A DNA stretch of 64,000 nucleotides from contig CM097885.1 in assembly GCA_044892525.1 (NCBI GenBank), forward strand, positions 237,648,001 to 237,712,000. The letters run 5' to 3'. Numbering within the stretch: position 1 is the stretch's first letter; every line of letters begins with the position of its first letter. The position numbers were made by a program, and so were the translations under genes. Below the pieces are notes generated by a model. The model did no database searches and had not been told where the DNA came from. It was given only the letters and a program-made list of their open reading frames with translations. This stretch comes from Schmidtea polychroa (taxonomy: Eukaryota). Positions 25,264-38,388 of the stretch are shown here, piece after piece.

Positions 25264-25645
25264 TTCTACAAAATAATAATCAAGCCCCTCTATACTGATT
25301 GAGATACGACGTCAACCACAAGATTTTGTTGACCCTTTTTCCCTTTAAAAAAAAAATATTTTATTTTAAGACTAACATCTATAAGCTTAGGAGCAGTGGA
25401 ATAAGATTTCCTACTTTATCAAAACAAACACAAAAAAAAAGGAATTTCGTCAAAATTCGTTTGTTTAAATTAATCATTTCCATTCAAAATTTTGTTTACC
25501 ACTGAGTGGTAATTTTAATTACTATTTATAAATTTTAATTTATATGTTAATAAAATGTGAATTTTTTTTAGATCGTCATTTTTAGGCCACTAAATTCGGG
25601 CACGCTGGGGCGACAGGTACTAGCAACGAACTAAGCTCTTCGTCT

Positions 25646-25654
25646 GCTTACCTT
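25646..25654 (-). promoter_or_regulatory. Candidate major splice donor in the LTR
   Basis: AAG|GTAAGC on the element strand (GT at 25651-25650), upstream of every element ORF. Confidence 0.4.
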
Positions 25655-26204
25655 TCCTTCGGTTGTGCTCGTTATGAGTGGTTTGCTCTACATGCAAGTA
25701 ATTTATTTGATTTTTCTACTTCCTTATTTTTTAGGCGATAACATTAGGAACCTCGATCGAGTAAGGGGAATATATTAGCTTGGAGTAGTCTTCCCATAGT
25801 TCTTCCCAGGGAATGACATTTCATGCCCAATATTTGGTTTGGACCCGCAATTTGTCCCTCGCAGAAAATTGGAAATTTTTCGGGAATATTTGTATTCTGT
25901 ATGTAGGTAAATCTCTGCGAATTATGGCTTATTTATTCAATTGCATGGTTCGCCGGAGTCATCCTCACCATCTCCTGGAAACTCTTGATTGTCATAGCCC
26001 CGTCTTGAATTTTTCCTTAAGGTTTCTCTGGGGGGGGGGGGGTGTTGCTAAATATAGATTTTCAGTTAGGAACGTTTTTATTGGGCAAAAGAATTGACTC
26101 CAAATCTAGATATGGGGAAAAAATCAATAATTGATTTTTTGCTTTCCTAGTAAGTAATACTAATTATGATCATAACCGTAAAAATGGTGATAACGAGGAT
26201 AACA

Positions 26205-26362
26205 AATGATCGTAGTGGTAATAATAATAATAGTAATAGTCATAATAACAATAATGATAATAATAATAATGAGAACAATAAGGATAGCAATAAGAACAAT
26301 AATAGCAATAATAATAGTAATAATGATAATGGCAACAATAATAATAATAGTGATAATATAAC
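26205..26362. repeat. Degenerate (AAT)n microsatellite inside the LTR
   Basis: AAT/AAC/GAT triplet run. Confidence 0.9.
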
Positions 26363-28192
26363 TTTATATTTTACCATTCGTATTTTGGCTTTCACAATTT
26401 AGGGATTCATATTTTATGAGTTCGAAGGTTACATTTTGCACTTTACAGGTTTTCGTCTACGATTTTCAATTTTTTATCTTACAGTTTATAAATTCATACT
26501 TTAGAAGTTCTCATCATACACTTTATAATTTATAAATTGTTTATTTAACATTTTACCATTTTATATTTTTTACTTCCTAATTTTCTATTTTCAGATTTAT
26601 AGTTTCATGGTCTACCATTTAGAAATTTGGATTCTTGATTTATGATTATATGGTTTAAATTTTTTGTTCAATATTTTACGACGTTATGTTTTCGACTTAA
26701 TGGTTATGATTTATACAATTATAGTCTACTATTTAGAAATTTAGATTTTTACTTTATGATTATATAGTTTTTGCTGACAATTTATATTCAACATTTTACG
26801 ATCTTACATTTCAGACTTCATCGTTATGATTTGCCCTTTTATGATCTACAGTTTAGATTTTTGATCCATAGTTGTATAGTTTATAACTTATAATACTATA
26901 TTCGGTATTTTAGACTTTATGATTATACTTTACACTTTTAAAGTCTACAATTTAGAAATTTAGGTTTTTAATTTATAGTTGGTAGTTTTATATTCAGTAA
27001 TTTACAGTTTTAGGTCTATAATTTATCAATATAATTATCTCCAAGCTATTATAGTTATTTATAAAAGTTATAATCAATTATTTATACCTTTAGGAATATG
27101 TTACAGTGAGAATTTAGATTCGGGATTCTTTTAAATTTATAACTTTTTCCCTTACGTTGGATTCATTAAGTCGGTGATTTATTCACAGGTCTATCCAAAT
27201 TTAAGCTCTACTTAGACATAGGCCGAAGAATTTTACCATTTCTATTATTCCAATTACCATGGGCTCCTATTACCAAACCTAATTCGGCATATGTCCAAGT
27301 GTACCAAAATATTATTATTGATCAACCAACTACATTAATGTGCTTGCAGAATGGTGTAAGTTTAGGTATGAGCTCTACTCAATTTAGGACCTTAGTGTGG
27401 AGTCGTTGTTTATGATTTTGAATGTGGATTTTTCATGTGTATTAAACGAAAGTCGGGAAGAATATTGCTTCCATGGCCCCACTGTGACCACTTCTACAAA
27501 CCTTAGTGTTGTGTGCTGAGTCAACCATTTACGGTTGACCTTGAATAAATACAAAGAGTCAGGCGGAGGGTTTCCTCGACCTAACTCCATGGCAGGACCA
27601 TGAAGTAGTTCGACCTCCGGCTGACCCGAACAAAAAGAAATCATATAATAAATATCACTATAATAATGATAATGCGTGTCTGCATGTCCTGTTAATAACG
27701 ATTTTAATAAATTGGATGCAGGACTGAACAACGACGCAGGAATACCAGTACGCCGTTGATCACTCATACATCGCAAAAAATTTTAAGCAAAAATAAATTT
27801 AAAATACCATCTATATAATTAAACAATTAATATACAAATAAAGATCAATGCTTACTATCGATTTTGGAAATTTCGTCACAAAAATTTGGCATAAAAAGTG
27901 ATTGATTGTGACTGAAACGTGTCAGTATATATACCTATTTAGTACACGTGTATGTATTGATGCATTAAAACAAACTCGAATTCTTTTTATTCCAGAATTT
28001 TCTATTTTACGATTTTGCTATTTTTAATGGCAATTTTTGTGCCATAATTTTTGTTTTTATTTTTATATTTTTATTTTTTAATTATTTTTCATTAATTTTA
28101 CGTCCATGATGGATTTGGAACGGTTCCAGAACATTCTATTTTACTTTTAATTTAATTTTTATTTTAACTGATGTTTTTATGAATTCTTTTTG

Positions 28193-28227
<35 letters not shown>

Positions 28228-28741
28228 TTTTAATACTAATTTATTTATTTTCCTTAACTTTTGTTGTTCTAGATAACTTTTGTGATGGTCATCGCCATTT
28301 TTATAGAATGTTCTGGGTTTTTCTGGAATGTTTTACTGTTTTTATCGTCTTTTAAGTTATTCGAGTCTGTTTTTTGTAACTCTGTGTTTATTTGGTTATT
28401 TTTGAGTTAGATTTTTGCATCACTTCTTGCTTTTGTATAATTTTGTTTAATTTCTTTGTTTATGTTTTTGTTGCTTTCTCCTTTAGTTAATATTGTTTAT
28501 TTGATGTAATTTTAATATTTAGCTAAACGTCTTGCTTTTGCATGTTGTGTACCTGCACCTTTCAGTCACAATTCAAGTTTGGGTCTAGAAGTCAGTTCTA
28601 GCCCAACATACCAAATACAAAATATTCTTCATCGCATACACTATTTTCTTATCAAAATCTAAAAAGTCAACCAACTACTTACAACCAACAACTATGTACT
28701 AACAAATTGATCTTTAAAAGCAAATACTCTTCACTTGAAAA

Positions 28742-30665
28742 ATTGGATGAAAAATTATTTGAACTCAAGGCATCAATAACTAGGTAAAAATTGATTAAAT
28801 TATTGTAAAAAATTTAAATTATTCGAAATAAATATCATAAAAATTTAATTAATGGACAAGAAAAAAATTCTAATCATCCAGTAAATAAAATAAAATACTG
28901 ATCATTCAAGTTGAATCAACTAAGTTAATAAATTAATAAAATTTTAAATAAAATCTAGTAGATAATTGATTTAGATTGGATAAATTAATTGAAATAAAAT
29001 TAATTTTAATTATTTTTGTAAAAGTAATACATGTACTCAAATTGATTGACTGATTTCTCAATATATTCAAAAAATCAGTATAAATTCATTACAAATATTG
29101 GATGAAAAATTAATTGAACTCAAGACATCAATAACTTGGTAAAAATTGATTAAATAATTGTAAAAATTTAAAATTTTCAAAATAAATGTCATAAAAATGT
29201 AATTAATGGACAAGAAAGAACTTTAAATTCTAGTCATTGATCATTCAAGTTAATATGAATCAACTAAGATAATAAATTAATAAGAATTTTGAAATAAGAT
29301 CTAGTAGATAATTGATTTAGATTGAATAAATTAATTGAAATAAAATTAATTTTAATTATTTTTTTAAAAGTAATACATGTACTCAAATTGATTGACTGAT
29401 TTCTCAATATATTCAAAAAATCAGTATAAATTCATTACAATTATCAAAGTCAGCAATCTACAATAAAAATAATTATCATTAAATTCCAAAAGAGACTAGA
29501 TAACTAATGATAACATCTAACAAACCAGTAAATTCATTCAAATGACAATAATTGGTATATCCAAGGGAATTCTCCAATAAAATCATCTAAAAAGCATCAT
29601 TTTCCCCCTAAATATATCAATATTTAAAGATTGGTATTTTAATGATAACTACTTGTTAAAGATCATATATTCTCCTCAAACTAATAAGATTCCTTAAAAT
29701 CCCTTAAATGACTATATTTCAACCCTTAATTCATATTATTACAAATAATTCATTAAAATCATCTAAAAAGCATCATTTCCCCTAAATATATCAATATTTA
29801 AAGATTGATATTTTAATGATAAGTACCCGTAAAGGATCATATATTCCCCTCAGACTAATAAGATTCCTTAAAATCCCCTTTAAATGACTATAATTCTAAC
29901 TTTAATTCGTATTATCACGAATATTTCCCTATAAAACATGTAAAATCATTAACCCTAAATAATTTATAAAATCTAATGATAAAACTGGTTATAATTAATT
30001 TTTTGTTAATCACTGTACTCGATATTTTAAATAAATATTACTACAATATAACTGATCATTTTTACCAATATTCAACCGATTTAATTACTAATTAAAATCA
30101 AGATTTCTTCCAATAAAGATCAATTTTATTTAGTCAATGTTTTAAGTCCACATTTCTCAACTTTTGTCGTTGTCCTTCTAAATAAAGATAAAAATAATTT
30201 AAAGTTGATATCAATCCCATTTATCTGTAAAGTTTTCATCGTCAAAACCAAGTAAATCGATCATTATCCCTACTTAATAGAACATTGTTCTAAAACATAA
30301 ATCTAAATTAATATACAATGAATTAATCACAACCTAATAAAACGATATAATTATTATTGATACATAACTGACTAATTGACATTTCCCTTAAAACAATGAT
30401 ATTTTACCAACATCACCATTAAAAGAATTATATATTCCCATCTTAACCCATGTTTCATTAAATTTAACCGACTATATTCCCATCTTAACCCATCCTTCAT
30501 TAAATTCAATCGACTATATCTCCCTTACAATGATATATTCCCACCTTATCTGATCTCTCATTAAATCTAACCGACTATATCCCCTCAAAAGATCATATAT
30601 TCCCATCTTAACCCATCCCTCATTAAATTTAACCAACAATATCCCATCTTAACCGATCTCTCACC
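28742..30665. repeat. AT-rich tandem duplications (~350 bp x2, ~176 bp x2, ATATTCCCATCTTAACC-type minisatellite)
   Basis: ~28742-29093 vs ~29097-29440; ~29579 vs ~29755; short units ~30430-30660. Confidence 0.8.
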
Positions 30666-32290
30666 AAATATTTCTACCCCTTTAAACATCTAACCGAATA
30701 TATCCTTCAATTCTACCCACTTGAATCCTCGTTTAATTCAATTCAGTCTTAAAATCTTTAAAGAACTTCAAAAATATGACTTAATTGTTATAGACACCAA
30801 ATATTCTTCCATTGAAATAATTTAGTAGCTATGTAGTAAGAGTTCACTAAAAGATCAAAAATCAATATTTTCTACAAATATTTACCATCAAATACTGGAG
30901 ATGATATATATTGATTGATCATAATTCTTCATCGATTCAGCCAATCATTTTCAAGCAATAACAGCAAACTAAATTTCTTTATATCCTACAATAATTATCA
31001 CGTAAATTTAAAGTCCCTGATAAAGTTAACTGGTTTCTTAGCTTATGTTTTTAAAGATCATCAATGTGTAAATATTCTTAGAAAATTATTGAAAAATTAT
31101 TTATTCAAATATATTACAAAGTTATCATCAAAAATTTATTCTATCACTTAATTATTAACCTAATTGTCAATGAAATTAATTTTTATTTAAAAACTATTCA
31201 ATAAAATACAACTAATTATCAAGAAATTAATTAAATTTATCAATCAAATTTATCACCATTAAAACTTTTAATCAGTCAACATGAAATTCTTAGAAAATTA
31301 TTCAATATCCTCATCAAAATTTATCCTACCACTTGATTATTGTACAAACTTTAATTATTAACCTCATTAAAAATAAATTTTTATTTAAAATTAAAAAACA
31401 AGTCAATAAAAATACATTCAATTATCAAGAAATTAATTAAATTTAGCTTAGAATTAGCATTAAATTACAGATATTCACAAAAATTACGGAAATTCATGAA
31501 AATAATGGAAATCCACAAAAATGATAGAAATTCATAAAAACGATAAAAATTCACAAAAATGATAGAAATTTACTTGAATATTTACTAAAACCATCAACTC
31601 TAAAAATTATCAATGCCTTAAACATCAAATTTGCTTAAATAATCATTCAAATAAAAGCATTAAAAGTACCCTTGCGACATGTTCAATGTGAGTAGTACCC
31701 TTGTGAGCAATACCCATAGGGGGACAGAATATTTTGTTGGATAAACTCAGAATATATATTAATTAACTCATTCAAATTTTTCACTGAATCAGTCAAATTA
31801 TCATAAATTTTGATAAAAATTCTAAAGTGGTAAGCAATGTAAAAGACAATTATTCTTTAAACTTTGATAAAATTAACAATGAAGGTGGTAAGAATCATTA
31901 AAGTGAGGAAATTATTCATTACTCGATGATAAATTCAAATGGGTGAAAATAATTGGTAGAATAATTCATTAATGGAGGTAAATAATGAGAAGTGGCATAG
32001 ATAAGAAGAAGGTTGATAAAAATGTAAATATATTAATTGAATTTATTTAAAATTATTTCATAAAATTCATAAATTTAATAAAAAAAAACTTTTAAAACAA
32101 ATATTTGTGGGGAATAATTAATCAAAATCGGGGGGATATTAGTGATTAATTAATGGAAAATAGAGAATCGGGGAATATAAGTGAATAATTAATGGAAGAT
32201 CGGGAATCGGGGGTAATATAGGGATTAAATAGTGGAGAATAATAGTGAATGATTTACAAATTTTCTTTTCACCATTTAAAGTTTATATTT

Positions 32291-35200
32291 TGTATCTTGG
32301 GTTCTGATAATTATATGCTTAATGCGGAACTATGGTCTAGATTTTGGTCCGTTGTCGATTGGATATCTAGCTGAAATGCGAAGTCAGAGTTGTTAGTTTG
32401 TGTGTTTGCGAATGCCATGTCCCCGCAGGGTGAGAACTTTTAGTTTACCACTTATATGTTCTATGCAACCTGCAATCATTGCAAGATAACTGAACTGATT
32501 AATCAATTTCTTGTTCCTCTAATCCAGGATGCGGAAATGTGCAACTACGTCACCAGGTGACTCACAAATATGTATCTTATATCAAACACCTGATTGGTTT
32601 ACCGATTGTCTAGCATGACTGCACGCTACCAAAAATAGATTTCCTGTCATGCGTATTATATTGATCGTTTAGTTCCCTAGTAAGTACAATTTTGTATAAT
32701 TCCTAAGCTGTAATTTATGATGATTAAACAGGTTCGTCGCAATGCTTTCGGGAACGTCTTTATGGATATTTTTGATTCAGAAAATTTTGGGTTAGCAGAA
32801 CTCTTGAGGTCGTAATAATGCGATACTCAATATAACCTTTGGGTGCCAACTGCCTAATTGAATTCTCTATGGATTTATAAAGCCGACTCGCTTCAGGCTA
32901 TTCGTCGGATTTGGAAAGCGACCTTACCGATGCAATTGGAAGTAATACCGAATGCCATCGCAATCACTCAACCCCAGTCACAGATGTCCCTATTGAACGT
33001 TTTATATATGCAAGTGATCTCAATAACAATTACGATTTTTCATAAATTTCTCATGTAAATAAAGCATTTCTATGGTAAATTTTTGTTCGAGTTAATTGCA
33101 CATAATTATTTGGGCCCACCTTGTAATATGGCATGAGTGTATTTTGTTAATCGTTCTACACAAGAATTTTTACTAAGTGGGATAAAATTTCCGTTTAATT
33201 TAAAGTATGGATAACATTAAGAATTATAATTAAAAGGTCTCTAGAGGAATTATAAAGTAAATAAAACTAATTTATCATTGGAAAATTTAAATAATTATTC
33301 TAATTAAGAGTCAAATAGGATTAGGTGTCTGGTTTATACATTTCTATAGCATAAGTAAAAATCATAGAATCAGAGTTTATACTTCGGAATTTACAGGAAA
33401 ATATAACCTAAATATTTCGGGATTATATACCCAGTTGAAATATCAAACTGAAGTTATACTTTGGGTATTCAGCCAAATTATAGTGCATAATCAAATACAT
33501 ATTTAGGGAGATGTATAATACTACATTATAACTTAGATGTGTACAAATTATCGATGGAGCGGATAGAAGGTATCATTATACCCTTTGACACTCGTGAGTT
33601 ATATTTTTATATTAAAACTCTAGTTTCCAATTTAGATGGTTGTGTATTTAGGTAACTTATAAGATTCTATTGTACATTTCTACATTATATTTTAAAACTG
33701 GATTTTGTAATTTAATAAAGTTGTATTTTATCAATTGATACTATTATATAAAATACTTTATATTTTTTAACGGTGATACAAAGCCATATTTCTAATTCAA
33801 TATTAGTAGAGTATAATATAACCTAAAATTATATTTATTCCTTAGTATCGTAGTATCTTCATACATTATATTTTAAATAGACATAATGTTATATTTCATA
33901 ATGTGAGATTTATAAATTATATTTTTAAATACCGTATGAAATTATATATTTAATAATTATAAATTATACTTCTAAGCAAAGTTATTTTCGTAATTTATGA
34001 ACATTTAGCATTTTTAAATTACATTTTCAAACCCATTAATAAGGCATATTTCATGAATAAAGGGTAATACGTATTTATAGGTCATAACTTCGACTACTGA
34101 TTTGAGCCATAGATTTAGAGAATAATTAAGTACTTTCCTTTTATTATTTACGCTTGTCGAACTTCTTTACAAGGATTTTACGTTTACTTCTAGGAAAAAA
34201 CTTTATAGAATTATATATCTCAATGAGGTTCGACAAACGTATAGATATAATCGAGCTTTTCCATGATGTTCAACCGACTAGATGTGTTTAGTTTGGGTCT
34301 AAGTTCTACTCAATTATGACCTTAGTGTAAAACTATTGTATAAGATTTTTAATGTTGAGTTTAATTATGTTCTGCATTCAACTCGGGAAGAATGCTTGCT
34401 TACACGGCCCCACTGTGACCGCAACGACAAGCCCTACTGTTGTGTTGAGTCGAAACATCACTGTCGACCGATAAATAAAGTATATGGAGCCATAGCGGAG
34501 GGGTTTTATCGACACAACTCCATGGTAGAACCATGAAGTGGCCGACCTCCGATGACCGAACAAATATATATATATATATATATAAGAGATATTGCCTGTC
34601 TGCATGTGAAATCGTTATTTGAAAATCAATACTAAATGCAGGACTAAATAGAGACGCACTAAGACGCCGCTGATTAGTCGTAAAAAAATATAAAAACAAA
34701 TTAGGTCTTGAGAGTGTTAAAATCGATTAAAATCATTGACATTAAAATAATTTGCATTAATGAATCAGATGCAAAACATAAAAATATTATTATCAATAAT
34801 GAAAACGATGAATATCACTCAAAAAGAAAAACTACTTACTGTTAGTTTTCTTGACAAAATTTTTGTTCACAAAATATTGGCATAAAAAGTGATTCTTGTG
34901 ACTGAAACGTGTCAGTATATATACCTATTTTGTACACGTGTATGTATTGATGCATTAAAACAAACTCGAATTCTTTTTATTCCAGAATTTTCTATTTCGT
35001 GATTTTGATATTTTAATGGCAATTTTTGTGCCATAATTTTTGTTTTTATTTTTAAATTTTTATTCTTTAATTATTTTTCATTAATTTTACGTCCATGATG
35101 GATTTGGAACGGTTCCAGAACATTCTATATTACTTTTAATTTAATTTTTATTTTAATTGATGTTTTATGAATTTCTTTTTAAGATTTTTTATTTTTAATA

Positions 35201-35562
35201 CTAATTTATTTATTTTCTCTAACTTTTGTTGTTCTAGATGGTCGTCGCCATTTTATGGAATGTTCTGGGTTTTTCTGAAATCTTTTTACTGTTTTTATCG
35301 TCTTTTAAGTTATTCGAGTTTGCTTTTTGTAATTCTATGTTTACTTGGTTATTTTTGAGTTAGATTTTGCATAACTTCTTGCTTTTGTATAATTTTATTT
35401 AATTTCTGTGTTTATTTTTTGTTACTTTCTCCTTTAATTACCATTGTTTATTTGGTGTAGTTTTTAATATTTAGCTATACTTTTTGCTTTTTTGGATGTT
35501 GTGTACCTACACATTTCAGTCACAATTATAATTTGGGTCTAGAAATCAGTTCTAGCCCAACA
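32291..35562 (-). mobile_element. Related LTR copy (solo or partial)
   Basis: ~34285-35562 closely resembles ~27350-28608 and ends in the same TTCTAGCCCAACA; 32291 begins TGTATCTTGGGTTCTG, similar to TGTATGGTGGGTTACTG at 23816; no PBS or TSD seen, so the left edge is tentative. Confidence 0.65.
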
Positions 35563-35714
35563 TAATATATTCAAAATGATTCAGCATATAAATTAAGATT
35601 GTACAAATAATCATCCACTCAAAATAACTAGGTCGGGTTAAACACAACGCAAAAGAAAAACACAAATAAAACATAATCACGAGATAATAATATTTGGCCC
35701 AACTGTTTGACTGT

Positions 35715-36185
35715 CTATGCAGGGTTATTTTTTCGAGGACGTCCTCGTTTTCGTGGCACGTCCGTCTCCGTTAGGCACCGACCCCGTGGTGGGTTCCTTG
35801 GACGTTCCACGCCACGGCGAATGGCGGCGGTTCGTTCTGGGTAGCACTGTAACCAGGCATACCCATCTATGTCCTTCAGCTCGAAGGCCAGAGTTTCGTT
35901 TTTGAGCCTTTGCAATCGATTTAAGGCCGCCTTGATGATCTCGAACGTTTTTGTCAGGGCTAGGGAGGTGGTGTTGATGAATGGTTCTACCTTCGGGGTG
36001 ACAGGGACCACGTTCTGGTAGGTCCAGTCGTGGATCCGATACCATATCCACCGGGACCTTAGTCTGGTGACTTCTTCATCTCGATCCAGACTGGTGGATT
36101 CTTCTGCCTCCTCTTGGGTTGTTCCGACCTCCGATGCAGATGACGAGGGGCCCGCTTGTCCATCTCTTTGTCTAGTGTTAAGCAT
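35715..36185 (-). CDS. AT-hook ORF in a diverged LTR fragment, paralog of 24898-25263 (likely ATG at 36185)
   Basis: RLRSRWIWYRIHDW, PKVEP, PRKRGRPRK; ATG preceded by CATCACAG|GC. Confidence 0.75.
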   Translation of the reverse strand: MLNTRQRDGQAGPSSSASEVGTTQEEAEESTSLDRDEEVTRLRSRWIWYRIHDWTYQNVVPVTPKVEPFINTTSLALTKTFEIIKAALNRLQRLKNETLAFELKDIDGYAWLQCYPERTAAIRRGVERPRNPPRGRCLTETDVPRKRGRPRKNNPA

Positions 36186-37944
36186 GCCTGTGATGATAAG
36201 AGAAATATTAAAGCATTTCTTAACGAATCTTTGTTCATCCATCTGGGTTCAGGTTACCAAAGGACGTTTAAACGCACTGTTACATTTTTAATTCTAGCGT
36301 GATACGCATCAATCCAATAGACAACGATTTTTTGTATTTAAGGTGGATTTAAATTACGAATTAATTTCCCTATTTGATTTTTCGATTTAACTTAAGAGAT
36401 TAGTTTGGGGATTAATAAATTAAGTATTAATAAATTAAGAATTACTAAATTAAATTAAGTTCGTGTATTTAAATTAAAGATTAATAAATTTAGGTTTAAT
36501 GAATTAAGAGTTGATAAAGTAAGAATGGATAAATTAAAATTTCATGAATTAAACTTAAGATCACATATTCAAATGACTGTTGTTTAAATTAGTCAGTAAG
36601 ATCACTTTATTGACTAAACATTTAAACATTTTATTAAAATTTCTTTAAACAATGCTACTAATATTCACTGCGGAAGGTGAATTACTACGCGCCGGCGGTC
36701 ATGCTCGGTTCCTAGAAATTCATAGCCGTAGCGGTTGTAAGTGGCTTCAACGTAAATCTGCCAGGTAATTCACTTTTGCATTTTTAAATTGTTCAATTTC
36801 AGGAATTGATTTCTAAAAATTTCGTTTCGAACGTGGATCTTGTTCTTATAACTTATTCTCAGTATTGCATAATGATGGTCAGCTGGTTCATGTGAAAAAT
36901 GCCTACTTCGAATTTCTGTTCGCCGCAATATTTGGTTCGGAAAATTAGATAGCGGTTCGTACTGCTAGTGATTCAGAAATGACTCCTTTTTCCATTTATC
37001 TATCCTCGTCCATTGGTAAGAAGATTTGTTAGCCGATATAGTATTTAAAAAAAAATAAAGTCTATGATTTTGTTGGATATAAATTTTTTTTGTTGAATTT
37101 AATTAGATAATTAATTTATGAAATGTAAAATTTATGAAATGTAAAACATTATGAAATAGTTATTAAGTAATTTTGTTAACTTTTTCGTTTGAATTTAAGT
37201 AATTAACGATTTTAATTGTGACATACTATGAAATATTTGTTACTTATTATTCCTCGTCTATGGTCATACGGGGGTATATATCCTAGCTCAGGCAGTCGAT
37301 CCTGGGAAAAGGTCCATTGCCCTTTCTGACATGCAGGGGATTTACTTCTGAGGGTAACAGGGTTAGATTCGCACGGGTGTCATAGGTTCTATACTAGGAT
37401 TATTGTTCCTTCCGTCATGGTCGATGATGATTAGCTCGTTTACGAGAGAGTATGCATGGTCCATTTGGTCAGTCAGAGTAAGTTTGATGAGGGTACCATT
37501 TAGCTTGCAGGGCTGTTCCTATCAATTGAAGCGGTTCTATTGGCGAAACTTGACTATAGGAAAAAGAAAATCGATAATGTCGGTTTTTGAATTTTTCTAT
37601 TAATAGTAACGTTTTTGGGAAATCGACAAATTGGTTTGTGTAAATTATATAATTAATTAGTAGGGTAAGATGGGGCGTTATATCGATTATAAAGTTAAGG
37701 ATGGTAAAAGGAGAAATTAATCGCGTTATTGGCAGTAGTACTCAAGTCCATTTTATTATATAAATTTTAATATGTTAATTATTCTTAATAAAATCTAAAT
37801 AGCATTAAATGATGTAAAATGAATAAACCGAGTTGTAACGTTTTGGGGATCGACAAGTTAGGTCAGTTAAACTATATGATTAGTCAGTAGGATAAGTGGG
37901 GTGTTAGGTCAATTATATAGTTAAGGGGTAAAAATAAAGAGAAA

Positions 37945-38104
37945 TGTCGTAGGCAAATGGTAATTTTAGGAAAATAACATCTAGCTAGGCAAATGCCATT
38001 TGCCTGGTCAAATAGCTTTAGCTATTATTTCATTTCATGGTAATTTTAGGAAAATAACATTTTCAAGGTCATATTATTATTTTAAAAAAATATTATTTTC
38101 TAAG

Positions 38105-38146
<42 letters not shown>

Positions 38147-38303
38147 GATTATTAATATATATACTCCTAGTCTATCCGACAAAATATTCTGTCCCCCTAT
38201 GAATATTAGTCGTAAGGGTACTGGTCGCACTCAACAACTCGCAAGGTTATTATCATGAAATAATAGCTAAAGCTATTTGACCAGGCAAATGGCATTTGCC
38301 AAC

Positions 38304-38307
<4 letters not shown>
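37945..38307. mobile_element. Small foldback/MITE-like element
   Basis: Perfect 46 bp inverted repeat 37988-38033 / 38255-38300; outer termini TGTCGTAGGCAAATG / CATTTGCCAACGACA; followed by (TA)n. Confidence 0.65.

Positions 38308-38388
<81 letters not shown>

Larger units (their letters stand above)
1..28608 (-). mobile_element. Giant Ty3/Gypsy LTR retroelement with envelope and accessory genes (Burro-like); 3' end outside the window, length >28.6 kb
   Basis: PR-RT-RH-IN order in one ORF; tRNA-Pro PBS at 23794-23811; TG...CA-bounded ~4.8 kb LTR; all long ORFs co-oriented on the minus strand with A-rich coding strand and 80-165 bp spacers between the downstream ORFs. Confidence 0.95.
23816..28608 (-). 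repeat. 5' LTR (~4793 bp)
   Basis: Element strand starts TGTTGGG (28608) and ends CCATACA (23816) next to the PBS; the outer boundary coincides with the end of homology to the second copy at 35562. Confidence 0.85.

Noticed and set aside
26166..26402. Asn-rich ORF; also the YI- and I-repeat ORFs at 38277, 51922 and 54192
   Set aside because: Microsatellite translations
27384..27776. 130 aa ORF in the LTR
   Set aside because: The homologous segment at ~34310-34700 does not keep one frame; no motifs
28196..28225. T-tract in the LTR as a retroposed poly(A)
   Set aside because: The homologous site at ~35185 has only a short T run, so slippage expansion is simpler
27350..35562. The two similar LTR ends as paired LTRs of one 7-8 kb element
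   Set aside because: The first copy is the outer end of the giant element's 5' LTR; no PBS, PPT or coding sequence between them, and they are visibly diverged
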